Below are positions 13,516 through 23,741 of a DNA stretch of 64,000 nt, in pieces. The notes under the pieces are model-generated. The model did not search any database. It worked only from the letters and a program-made list of their open reading frames with translations, and was not told where the DNA came from. Source of the DNA: Marsupella aquatica (lineage: Eukaryota > Plantae > Marchantiophyta); assembly GCA_973895155.1 (NCBI GenBank), contig OZ316892.1, forward strand, positions 20,585,619 to 20,649,618, read 5' to 3'. Within the stretch, counting starts at the first letter, position 1, and the number at the start of each line of letters is the position of its first letter. Position numbers and translations under genes: made by a program.

Positions 13516-13807
13516 GTGGATGAGGCATTGCTACGAACATCCGATAAATTTATCGCACTCCTCATTCCTCTAGTTGATTTTGGGTGCTTGTAAAGAAACA
13601 CTTTGAATATAATTGACTCTGCCTCCCCTGACTTCGGGTTGTGTGGTCTAGAGTGTATTTTTTTGCGCCTCTTCGGACGATTAGCTGACAAGTGCATTGG
13701 CTTCACAACCCGTTATACAAGGTACTGTAAAGTTGGATGAAACTTGTAGAATTGTAATTAGTATGTTCTCCAAAAATTATTCCTGATTTCTATTCGGTGA
13801 TCAGGCC

Positions 13808-14521
13808 ATGCTCGAGCGACGCATTTTTGTACCCTACCCGGATCCTCCAGAATGGGGGAATGGAGCCATGCTGGACCAGCTAAGGAGGCTGGATGAGTCA
13901 CTAATTTTAAAGATATGCAGGCTGGTAGTAAAACCATTTTACCATAACGCATTTCACTTCTACGTAGATCAGGTAGGGGGAGAAATTTATATTCGGTGGG
14001 ATAGATATGTTGGATTTTCTAGAAGAGTTATCCTACTCTTTCTGAAAACCGGTGCAGTAAGACGTTTTATACTCCACTGTTGTCATGTTGTGAAGGGCAA
14101 TCCTGCTTATGAGCCAGAATTCTATGCCGACAATAGACGTAGAGCATTCGATGAGATTCAGGATGTGATTGACGAGCTGGACAATCCTCTTGCCCCCGAG
14201 TTTTTTATTGACACTGGTGGGAAACTATATTCATACAAGATTCGTCAACTCCCCCCCCAGCCGGTCTGTGGGCTCTTTAACTTGATCTATGTAAGTTGCC
14301 TGTGGACGAACGTCCTTGCCAATGGTGAGATCTGTCCATGCTGCACAAATGCTTGTTGTGACATTCCGTCACGCCGGTATTCAGTAGCAGTAGTGAATCC
14401 TGAGACTGGTGAAGTTGATTTCCATTGGCTGTGGGCTTATGATCATCGCGTCACTCATATTCCCCAATGGCCCAAGAAGCGGATCGAACGCTTTGCTCTG
14501 GCGAGGTTCAACTATGATTAG
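13808..14521 (+). CDS. Hypothetical cargo protein, weak F-box-like N-terminus and Cys cluster
   Basis: Uninterrupted 237-aa ATG ORF; LRRLDESLILKICRLV; CPCCTNACCD. Confidence 0.55.
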   Translation: MLERRIFVPYPDPPEWGNGAMLDQLRRLDESLILKICRLVVKPFYHNAFHFYVDQVGGEIYIRWDRYVGFSRRVILLFLKTGAVRRFILHCCHVVKGNPAYEPEFYADNRRRAFDEIQDVIDELDNPLAPEFFIDTGGKLYSYKIRQLPPQPVCGLFNLIYVSCLWTNVLANGEICPCCTNACCDIPSRRYSVAVVNPETGEVDFHWLWAYDHRVTHIPQWPKKRIERFALARFNYD

Positions 14522-14741
14522 GGTTTAGATTTAGGGGTTAAGGTTTTGGATTTAGGGTTCCGTAGCTGATTCTTCGACCTGTACACTCGGCCGGAAATTT
14601 AAAGAAGGCTCACTTTTGCGATAATTTTATCGGTCTCTTTGTCCTTGTGTGATGAGATGTCGTGTCCACATGTGCTGTGAGATTGGCGGCGATAATTTTA
14701 TCGCTCTTTGCATTGGAATTTGTTTATTTGCAGACTTTTCC

Positions 14742-17700
14742 ATGGCTGCTAGTGGAAAGAGTGGATCTGCTGAGGCAGAAAGTCTCATGACAAGCCTCAC
14801 CAATGCAATTTGGACAAGTGAAGACATTTGTGAAGAGGTCAAGTGTATCAAGAAGTCATGGTACTTCCGTGACGCCAGATTACAGTCCACGGGTTTCGAA
14901 GACTGTGCTACCCCAATCCTTTGGGTCTAGTTGCAAAAATCGGCGAAAGTTAATGTTTCATATGGCCCTGTCATTGCTGTTGTCGTCGTCGAGTTCATGG
15001 TTGGCCACGGGGAGGGAAAAGTGTTGACAGAGGGCCTTAGTTTCTTGACAATGTGTGGGCGCAAGGGTTTCACATCTCTCATTGTTACTCTCGATAACTT
15101 TGATGAGAAATCGATGGACAGTTATCCAGAAGATCCCCTTGTTGCCAATGTTCGGGCAGCAAGAGAGATGAATGTTATGGGTTCAGCTTGGATTGGCCAG
15201 TATGTGCAAGATTGTGATGCCATCATGCTTCCAAGGGTGAACGCAGAGTTCAAACCTGTCCGCAAAATTGTTTTCAAGAAACCAGGTTCAAGTGGCAGCG
15301 GTGGTTCTAATGCCGATAAAATATCGGGGCGGAAAGAACCATTGCAATCCTCTACACATATTGACGTGGACGAACCTACAACTTCTGGTCGGGTTTCGGG
15401 AAGTGGAAAAGGGAAAGGGAGAGGTAGCGGCAGGGGAGATGCCGCGGGAACCTCTGACGGTGGGAAGAAGAGCCAGGAAACTGGCGGTAGTGGGAGAGGC
15501 CGGGGCAACCGTCGAGGACCATCCGCTAAACCAAGCGAAAGTAAAGGATCCGAGGGATCCGGGCCATCTGGTTCTGGACTTAGCACAAAGAGGAAGAGGA
15601 CTGGCTGGACTGAGACGGTGGCTGCAAAAGTAGATAGAGCTCCGTCAATTCCATCAATTCCAGTCGCGGTTCCTGCGGCGCCATTGGTAAGTACTACGTC
15701 GTTGTACTGTTTAACAAACACGAAATCCGATAAAAATCTCGTTGTTTATTTCCTGAATTGCGGATTGTGGAGTTATGTTGAACAAATGCGAACTCCGATA
15801 AAAATCTCGCAGTTTCTTTCCTTAATTGAATTTGCAACGCTTTTGTAGGCTGATCAGGAGGAGGAGACGGCTCTTTTGATGTATGAGACGGACGCGATCA
15901 AGGCAGAGCTCAATCTTCTGATGCAACGAAGGGTGCAAAGGACAACTGTGCTTCTGCATGTCGACAATCTCATATTTGATGAGGAGGGGGATTTGTCAAC
16001 TTTGATTAGACCAGTGGATAGATTGCATGTGGAAAATATCAAGATACTTCTCATGAAAAACCCCACCAACTTCAGTGCCCCGTTCGTGCTGTGTGTGGAT
16101 CCGAAGGATTGTCCCACAACCGCAGATTGGGACATCCTGAAGTCAAGGGGTATGGAAGTATAGAATTATTGGAGGGAATCATGGTGCTCAGGCAAAGTCC
16201 GAGTTGTTTAAAATGTACGGGAAGCAAATATATGGTGAGCTGGAAGCTTGGGTTTATGCTGGGCTTACGAGATCCGAGGTCCGAAAGTTAGGCTTCCAGC
16301 ATAACTATGACCAGGAGTATCGGAAGAACATGACTAAAATTGACCAAGTTCGCGCTTGTCACAATATTTTCCTTGAAATGGGTGTGGGCTCGACTAAAGA
16401 TGTCCGCGAAGCATGTTGTCAAGAATGCATGATGGAGTACACGCCAGGAGTTCGTGACTCCATGGCCAAACATGATCAGGCTTTCCAAATTGCTTTCCGA
16501 ATAGGTGAAATTTGGGATCTTCAGGAGAAGATTTTCCAGATGTGGGAGAAAGGTATTGTCTTAGGACAACCCAAAAAAATTGTGGCAACGACGAACGCAA
16601 AGGGAAAGGTAAAACCTTTGACGGTAAGGGAGATTAAAATGAATAAACTTGCTGGTGACCTCAACTTAAATTCATTTCGAGGTCTCCAAGGACTGTCAAA
16701 TAAGGAGCATGTCAAGCGTATCTTGAATAGGGTTATCGGGAAGGTGATCACTTTGGATCAAATGCACAAGGAAGGTGAGAAGTTGAAAAAGCTTGCCAAG
16801 GTGAAGAAACTATTTTTGCAGATATCTGGTCAGCCAGATTGGGCAACATGCAGAGAAATATTTCCCAACGAAACAGATGTCTCGGTCCTTGGCATATGGG
16901 CGGAGAAATTGAGTGATGCGGTAAGCATTCCTCTCACAGCATGCTCTATCACGAGATTTTTATTGGCTTTAGCATTCCTTTGTTGGTTTCTAAGCGATTG
17001 CATCTATTGGCTAGCGTGCTCCATCGCGAGATTTTTATCGGCTTTAGCATTCCTTTGTTGGTTTCTAAGCGATTCCATCTATTGGCTAGCGTGCTCCATC
17101 GTGAGATTTTTATCGGCTTTAGCATTCATCTCACGCTATTCTAACTGTAGATGTGTCTGACATTCTTACAGCTGAAAATTAATTCAAAAAGGAAAAGCAA
17201 AGTGGTTCCGGCTGTCACTTATAATTCTGCGGGGGAGGTTATTGTTCCCTCAGCTGAAATCCCTTATGTGTTTAAGAATTTTGTGCTTGCTGCAATCGAT
17301 AAGTACAATCGGCTGAGGTCCTTAGGCGAGGGCACAGCAGAAGCGTTTGAACAAACATGGAAAAATGCAGACGGGGATTCTTTTCCCTACTATCTCCATG
17401 TTGGTGATGTTCGAATTTTGGATTCTTTTGTTCAGCCAAGGGCTTACACCCTTGCGGTTGCGGATATTCCGTATGGTTTTAATGCTCCTGGTTCGGAGTT
17501 TGATGAAGTGGCCTTCACAGAAAAGGACATTTTAGACATGTTGACAAGTTTCTCAAAGATGAAGACCGCTAAGCAGTGGAGGTTTGTTGTGATCCATTCA
17601 CTACAACAAACGCATATGGTGATGTCTGCACTGGAGAGTGTATGCAACTGTGGGGTCGAGGCTGGAATCTAGGAGAAGACTAACATTCATGAGCGTCCCG

Positions 17701-18284
17701 CTGGAGCTCGATTGGCGTGGGGTTTTGAGAACTGGTCGATAGGTTTCTATAGCGAGGAAGGCATTCGGAACATGAACATGTACAATTTCCAACCGGATGA
17801 GTCTCGCGTCAATATCATCAAGGTTCCATGTGTAACCAAGAAGTCCGTTGATCCGTTGGGATTTGTTGTGAACCCATATCAGAAGCCTGTTGGTTTAGGG
17901 GCTTGGTTTGTTTCCCATTTCTCTGAGAAAGAGGATTGGGTTATTGATCTTTGTTGTGGAACCGGATCGACATTAGCTACTACGCTCCTCAATTCTCGCC
18001 AGGGTTGTGCTGTTGATAAGAGTTCTGCGCAGATTGGTTTTGTAAAATCCCGGATCATGATTCTGGAGTCAAACTGGAATTTATATGAAGAATCCCAGAT
18101 TGAAGGGCACGGCGTTGAAGGTCATGAGATTCAACCACCAATTGCAGGCCAATTGGGTGTACTCGGGACATCGACTTACGTAGTTGAGGTCGTGAAGGAG
18201 ACCGAAGAGGAACAAGAAGAAACTGAGGAAGAGCCTCCCAGAACACCAAATGAGGATGATCTCAACGACATGTTATTAGATTAG
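14742..18284 (+). pseudogene. ParB/Srx-like domain fused to a beta-class N6-adenine/N4-cytosine DNA methyltransferase (~1040 aa, 3 exons), disrupted
   Basis: Exons 14742-15686, 15849-16920 and 17172-18284, joined by phase-0 GT-AG introns. ParB-like: IRPVDRLHVENI..APFVLCV..YRIIGGNHG..AWVYAGLT..HN. MTase: motif IV DIPY (17463-17474), I[W*]EK, PYQKP (17874-17888), motif I VIDLCCGTGST, RQGCAVDKS. Lesions: TAG at 14928-14930, +1 frameshift ~16147, TAG at 17670-17672. Confidence 0.88.
16938..17127. repeat. 75-bp tandem repeat x2.5 in intron 2 of the ParB-MTase gene
   Basis: Read-through translation repeats every 25 aa; each unit carries a CGAGATTTTTATCG-type site. Confidence 0.9.
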
Positions 18285-18611
18285 TTGCGTGTGCTCGTTA
18301 GGATAATGTCAATCACCAATGAAGTTGTCGATAAATTTATCGACTTCTGTATTCCATGAGGAAGAACCTTTCTCACATTTATTAATGCGATAAATTTATC
18401 GGACTTTGCATATATCAGACTGTCGCGGTGTTCCTGCTGGGGGAATGGAGTTGTCGATAATCTTATCGGACAACATTGTATTCTCTAACTGGTTTGTCAT
18501 TGCAATTATTTAAAAAAAAGATATCATTATAGCTACGGAGTACATAGTCCCAGAACGATAACCACTGTACATATTCATGGGAACGATAACCATTATAACT
18601 TAAACCTGAAA

Positions 18612-21600
18612 CTAGCTTCGACTATCAATGACTACAGTCTCCATTGCATTTTGAATGATTCGTCTTGTTTGTATAGGGAGAGTACTATTTGCCAATAACG
18701 CAAAGTTATACGCATAAACGGCAGTTTCTGATAGGGACAATTCATCCTCCAGTACTTTGCTAGACGAAGCCTCTTTCTCCGGATAATATCTGCCTTCAAT
18801 TGCAGACTCTTCCTCCGAATCCATGGCATACCAAGTGATTTTAATCCGCTCCGGGATGTCGTTAATTCTTGTGAGAATCTCAGTCACTTTTGCCATCCAG
18901 AATGGTCTTCCCTTGGGATCCTGATGGGCTGCTACACATATCATTGCAAATTTAGTATTCACCTCTAGATCCTTGAAGTCTCCAATTTCTGTGACTTTTC
19001 TTCGACTTCCGGAATACATGACTGTCCTCACACCCGCTACTTTATCAACCAAGCTAGGTTCCATTGCTGCTTCCGTAGGATTACTCGGAAGTTCTCTCTG
19101 TACGTTTACCTTGGGCCAACTCCAATCAAAACTCCATTGTGCAGGTTTTAGGTGGTGCTGAATCACTTCTTTTTGTTTGTCAAAAAAATGACCCCACCAT
19201 AGACGATCTGCGTCGTCAAAGTAATTGAATCCATCTTCAATTGCTCTTCGATATTTTTGAAGAGTTGACAAATAACTTTGAGCCGCTCGCTCATCTTGTT
19301 CCTCAGCATCATTCTCTTGCTCTTCATTGTCTCCTGTCGCTCCCGTGGCCGACTTCAATGCCATTTGTGGTGCGACCCACATTCCAGATGATGGAATGTA
19401 CCGAACAAAATCCACCGTCTCCCCCCAATCGATTGTCGTTGAAAGATGTTTGGCATGGAATATGGACCGAGCACTTCCATCTTTGAGTACTCTAGTAATC
19501 CGAAATTGTTTTTGAGCACTTATGTCGTGGAGAGTACGTAGAACCTGACCATCCATATCCTTGTCATTTGCTTGATCTTTGTCTGACACAAATTTCTTGA
19601 AATCGGCAACCTCGTCGATGAAAAATATCTTTGCCGTAGGATTGTAGGATTCCTCTATGATTGCTGAAAGAGTGTCCAACCGGAAAGCTTTTCGCTTGTT
19701 CAATTTTGAAGAAAACTTGCTAAACATTTGATCAATTTGATCATGGGTGTGCCCCACCAATAGGAAACCAACCTTTATTTTCTGGAAAACACCTATCTCC
19801 ACCAACATATTCAAATATGTCATAAGATATTTATTCTTGTTTTCCCGAGCTGTGTTATCAAGCTGGAGGTAAAGCACTGGAGGGAGCAGACCTTCCCAGG
19901 TATTTAGAATATGCTGGATAACGTGGATGGTCAGGTTGCTATCATTGTGAATATTTGGATAGTTCAAAAAAACATTTGAACTTAATTGTTTATTGAAGAT
20001 CAAACAACCCACTACGTGTACGGGGATGAAATACTTTTCATCCATATTCTTCGGACACCGAATGAAATGAGGTAACTCTGTCTTCTTTTGATCCATTCCA
20101 TCAATACAGATGCCCAAATATTTCTCCGGACTCTTGTAACATTTGCTCCGGTGCTTTGCTAACTTCTCCCTCTCGACTGCTTGTGCCTTCCGATGCTCGT
20201 TTAGCAATGTTGAGAATTTTCCTACAATAATAAAAATGTTTAGGACAAAACATGATAACCGCAATGTTGAACCCTGACAGCGATAAATTTATCGGGTTCA
20301 GTATTCAAACACGAGACCGTAATGATAAACCTTGACAGCGATAAATTTATCGGGTTCAGTATTCAAACACAAGACCGTAATGCAAAATTGTGACAACGAT
20401 AAATTTATCAGGTTCAGTATTCAAACTGTTCAAACGATATATTCACTCACATGGCCAAAGAAGAAGCACATGAATACTCAACCCGATAAAATTATCGGGA
20501 GTAACACACAGGTTTAGAAACTTGCTCTTTTCTGCTTCGAGTGTTGCCTAGTCACGGAGTGCTTTGAATTCAGTATACGGGGCGCAGGTGGAGAAATGGC
20601 TCCTTTTGGGGATGCGCACGCGAGGAAACTCCTTGTTCCAAATGCGAACAAACCACGAATATGTCATGCCTTGTTCTTGGCGCATTAGAGTTTCGGATTG
20701 GAAGGCATCAAAAACTTCTGTTTTTGTCCAATTGTCAGGTAAATGAAAGATATCCTTGTTGGGGAGACTCTCGATATTTGTGGAAAAAAAATCATCTAGC
20801 CATTGGACGAGACCAAGATGTGCGGGTGATTTTTCTCGACAAATTGTACCGATCTGTATCCGAGAAAACATGTTCTTCGAGATTTTTTGGAGACGATTAT
20901 TTCCTAGTGAAAATAATTTCTTAAAACCACTTCGACAAAAGGATCTACCGCTAACTGAGTAACCACTTGCACCAGCATGCCCACCCTTCACACATCCTCT
21001 TAGAAGGACGTTCTTCTTTGGGTAGGATAGCCCATAGTAATAAGTGCGTTGTTTCGTCACGGCTAGCAGACCCAAATTCCGCAGACAGTAATTATCACAA
21101 CACGAATACTTATGAATTTATCTCATTTTATTTCTATTCAATTTGTCATTTATCACATTGTCTTTCCTAGTAATTCGGTCCCTATCTTTTTTACTAGGCT
21201 CATTTGACTTCTCTACAACCTGAAATCCATTCATAACATTGGCATTTTCGGGTCCTTCAGGTGCCTCGCAAATAGATGCATCACTCTCTGCTGAGCTACC
21301 ATCCACTATAGATCTCCTTGACGCATTTAGAGGGGCACTGAATAGACGACTATAGCTATTCTCTTCGACAGCTCCTTCTAAACATTCAGACACAACTTGT
21401 GCTATTATATCGGATTCTCTATCTCCTTCCTCATCTTCGTCCTCCGATGCACTCGACTCATCTGAAAACACAATTGGACTCCGTGGCTCTCTATACATAA
21501 CCCGAACGCCACTAAGACCTCTCCTCGATACTTGGAGCCTGGAACCAATGACAGTCCGCCCTTGAGAACTTGGAGATTCTGGATTCGCACGTGCAGTCCC

Positions 21601-22203
21601 AACGACTCTGCGAGCTGCTGGAAAATTGAGCACTTGTTCACCACGATTCCCACGGACCATTTGAGAAAGGGCCGAGTCTGGACTTCGCAGTCCGATTCCC
21701 TCGCTTGCTCGCACATCCAATCCAGGCAATGCAAAGACCGATCGCCGTATCGGTCTTTGTATTTCTGTGTCCCGATCCTCACCCGGAGACTGAAAGATCC
21801 ATCGTTGAACTTGTGTTGAATGTGGCGACTTGAATGCCGACTGTGATACGCGTATCGGTCGCCGGATACCCTCTCCATAACCCGGGATGGATGGCCTGAA
21901 GCGACGTCTCGGACCTAAACTTGGGATTGAAAGTTTCTCATTTCTTGGCGATGGAACGCTCAAGCGACGACGCTTCTCAGGTTTACTAGGCGACACATAG
22001 TAAGCACTGGGCTCAGGACCAGAACTTGCATCAGAATCTGAGTCAGAGATTTTGGGCACTATTTGTTGTGAGAGAGGTAGAGCTTTAAGTATGCGACTTG
22101 GCAAACAGCGAGCGATAAGATTAGGAGAGGATTCAACTGAACTGGAAGGTGAATCTGTGTCTGATTGAGACATGGCTATCCGAGACACTATGGGGCTTTG
22201 CAT
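18612..22203 (-). pseudogene. DUF7869-like (Sola-like) DDE transposase, ~1095 aa, 2 exons, with nonsense codons in exon 1
   Basis: Exon 1 22203-20526 (Ser/Arg-rich N-terminus, CCDNYC, FCRSGF, WFVRIW..FP.VRIP..S.FSTC) has in-frame stops at 21118-21120 and 20548-20550. Phase-1 GC-AG intron 20525-20222. Exon 2 is open: IDGMDQKKT..PH, NDSNLTI, LYLQLDNTARENKN, FLLVGHTHDQIDQMFS. Confidence 0.8.
20272..20427. repeat. ~58-bp tandem repeat x3 in the transposase intron
   Basis: tgacagcgataaatttatcgggttcagtattcaaac repeated, with palindromes at 20281, 20339 and 20397. Confidence 0.9.
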
Positions 22204-22317
22204 TCCTCCCACAATCAGGGAAAACGAAAGGCTCAACGGACAGAATGTTGCTCCAAGAACACAACTCCCAAAACTCTACTCTCGATAATGACGCCAAAAA
22301 GTTATCGGCGGTGGCCC

Positions 22318-22366
22318 TTTTATAGTGTCTGTTGAGGGGTTGGCCCACGTGTCCACTTTTGATTGG
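22318..22366 (-). promoter_or_regulatory. Putative core promoter of the DUF7869-like gene
   Basis: On the minus strand: CCAAT (22362-22366), G-box CACGTG (22346-22351) overlapping TGGGCC, then TATAAAA (22324-22318), ~115 bp upstream of the ATG. Confidence 0.5.
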
Positions 22367-22459
22367 CTGTCACCCTAAACGACAAAATAGCAGAAAAGGG
22401 TATATTTCTTGGATTTCCAATTTCATTCTCACACGTGCATCGTGGCAAAATTATATAGT

Positions 22460-22650
22460 TTTGAAATTGAAGCGATAAATTTATCTGATGTTGGTATTGC
22501 AAAAGTGGTTCCTTCATATGGAAGTTGCAATTTGAAATTGAAGTGATAAATTTATCTGATGTTGGTATTGCAAAAGTGGTTCCTTCATATGGAAGTTGCA
22601 ATTTTGAAATTGAAGCGATAAATTTATCTGATGTTGGTATTGCGAAGAGT
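22460..22650. repeat. ~71-bp tandem repeat x3
   Basis: tttgaaattgaag(c/t)gataaatttatctgatgttggtattgc... with palindrome variants at 22473, 22544 and 22616. Confidence 0.9.
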
Positions 22651-23357
22651 TTTCTTCATATTGATAGGAATTTTGAAATTTAACCGATGAACCGAAGGAT
22701 CTTAGTATTGTCGACTAGTATTTTTGTCGCCCGTAGTTTTCGCGATAATTTTATCGGACTGCACATTGTTGTTGAAAGAATGGCATGTTGACTATGGTCA
22801 CTTGCGGAGGTAACTGGTCAATTGCGGAGGTAACTGCAAGGTAAGTTTGACGAACCGTGCAGTAATTCTTATCGACTGTGATGTAAAATATTTTTGGTAA
22901 ATATCCAAAAACTGAGAAACCTGAGATTGGGTCGGAGTTTTCGTAGCTCAAATCCGGAGTCCAATACAGTTATCGCACTTGGCTCGAAACATGGATATGG
23001 ATTTATAGATAAGACCTTTCATATATCTTCGGAGAGCGTGAATATGAGGTCGAGGAGAAATTTTTTCGGATCTAATTGTTCCTTGATAATATGAATGTTT
23101 GTTAGCATGAATTTCATTGGTTTTGATCATTATTAAATTTGCTGTTTCAATCCGAACTCCGATACGAATTACATTATTTCCCCAAAAACGCATTTTTGAT
23201 GAAAAAAACTGTCGATTTCGCGAGATTCGGCGGAAAATGAAAATACACTTCTTGTTTAGAGGAAATAGTTCTCGTTCGGTCCGAAATCGTGTTTTGGACT
23301 TGTATTTCACGGCATTTCACCTTCCGACAAGTTTTTCTTTGCAGCATGCCAAGGTTT

Positions 23358-23435
23358 GATCATTCATTCGACTCCCTGCCAACATATGACGCCGTCTGCT
23401 GATCATTCATTCGACACCCTGCCAACATATGACGC
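23358..23435. repeat. ~42-bp direct repeat x2 in the right subterminal region
   Basis: tgatcattcattcgac(t/a)ccctgccaacatatgacgc occurs twice. Confidence 0.85.
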
Positions 23436-23741
23436 AGTCGCTATCAACTAAGTGTTTGGGCCTGGCTACATACATTTCGAATCATTCCTGGCACTGGCAA
23501 GTGATGCCAAAAATCTGCACTTTTGCACTGCCATCTCCATGAGACCTCTGTGCCAAGGTCGACTACTGCACATAACATCGGGCATAACATTCATGCTACA
23601 GTGGTAAGACAGAGTACAGGCTATTGCTTTCACGCACATGCATAAAAGAGTACCTTCAGTTGGGATATTCCTGTGTAACCCTAAAGTAAATTCAGGAAAG
23701 TCAGGAACTGACAGGGCGGGCACAGGCAGCAAGAAAAACTA

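Larger units (their letters stand above)
11977..22756. repeat. Dispersed array of ~25 copies of the 14-bp palindrome CGATAAATTTATCG and variants
   Basis: Perfect copies at 11977, 12070, 12146, 13542, 18329, 18388, 20281 and 20339. Variants at 12202, 12295, 14619, 14690, 15314, 15728, 15796, 16952, 17027, 17102, 18455, 20397, 20484, 22473, 22544, 22616 and 22743. Confidence 0.9.

Noticed and set aside
15122-15721. 199-aa minus-strand Pro-rich ORF
   Set aside because: Antisense shadow of the Gly/Ser-rich linker of the ParB-MTase gene
16921-17160. Hydrophobic repeated C-terminus of the 318-aa ORF as a membrane domain
   Set aside because: It is read-through into intron 2 (GTAAGC donor at 16921, 75-bp tandem repeat)
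14742-18284. Bacterial contamination or prophage as the source of the MTase
   Set aside because: The gene has canonical spliceosomal introns and lies within TIRs contiguous with plant genes
11977-22756. Palindrome clusters as a CRISPR array
   Set aside because: Repeats are only 14 bp and irregularly spaced, the spacers in tandem blocks are near-identical, there are no cas genes, and the context is eukaryotic
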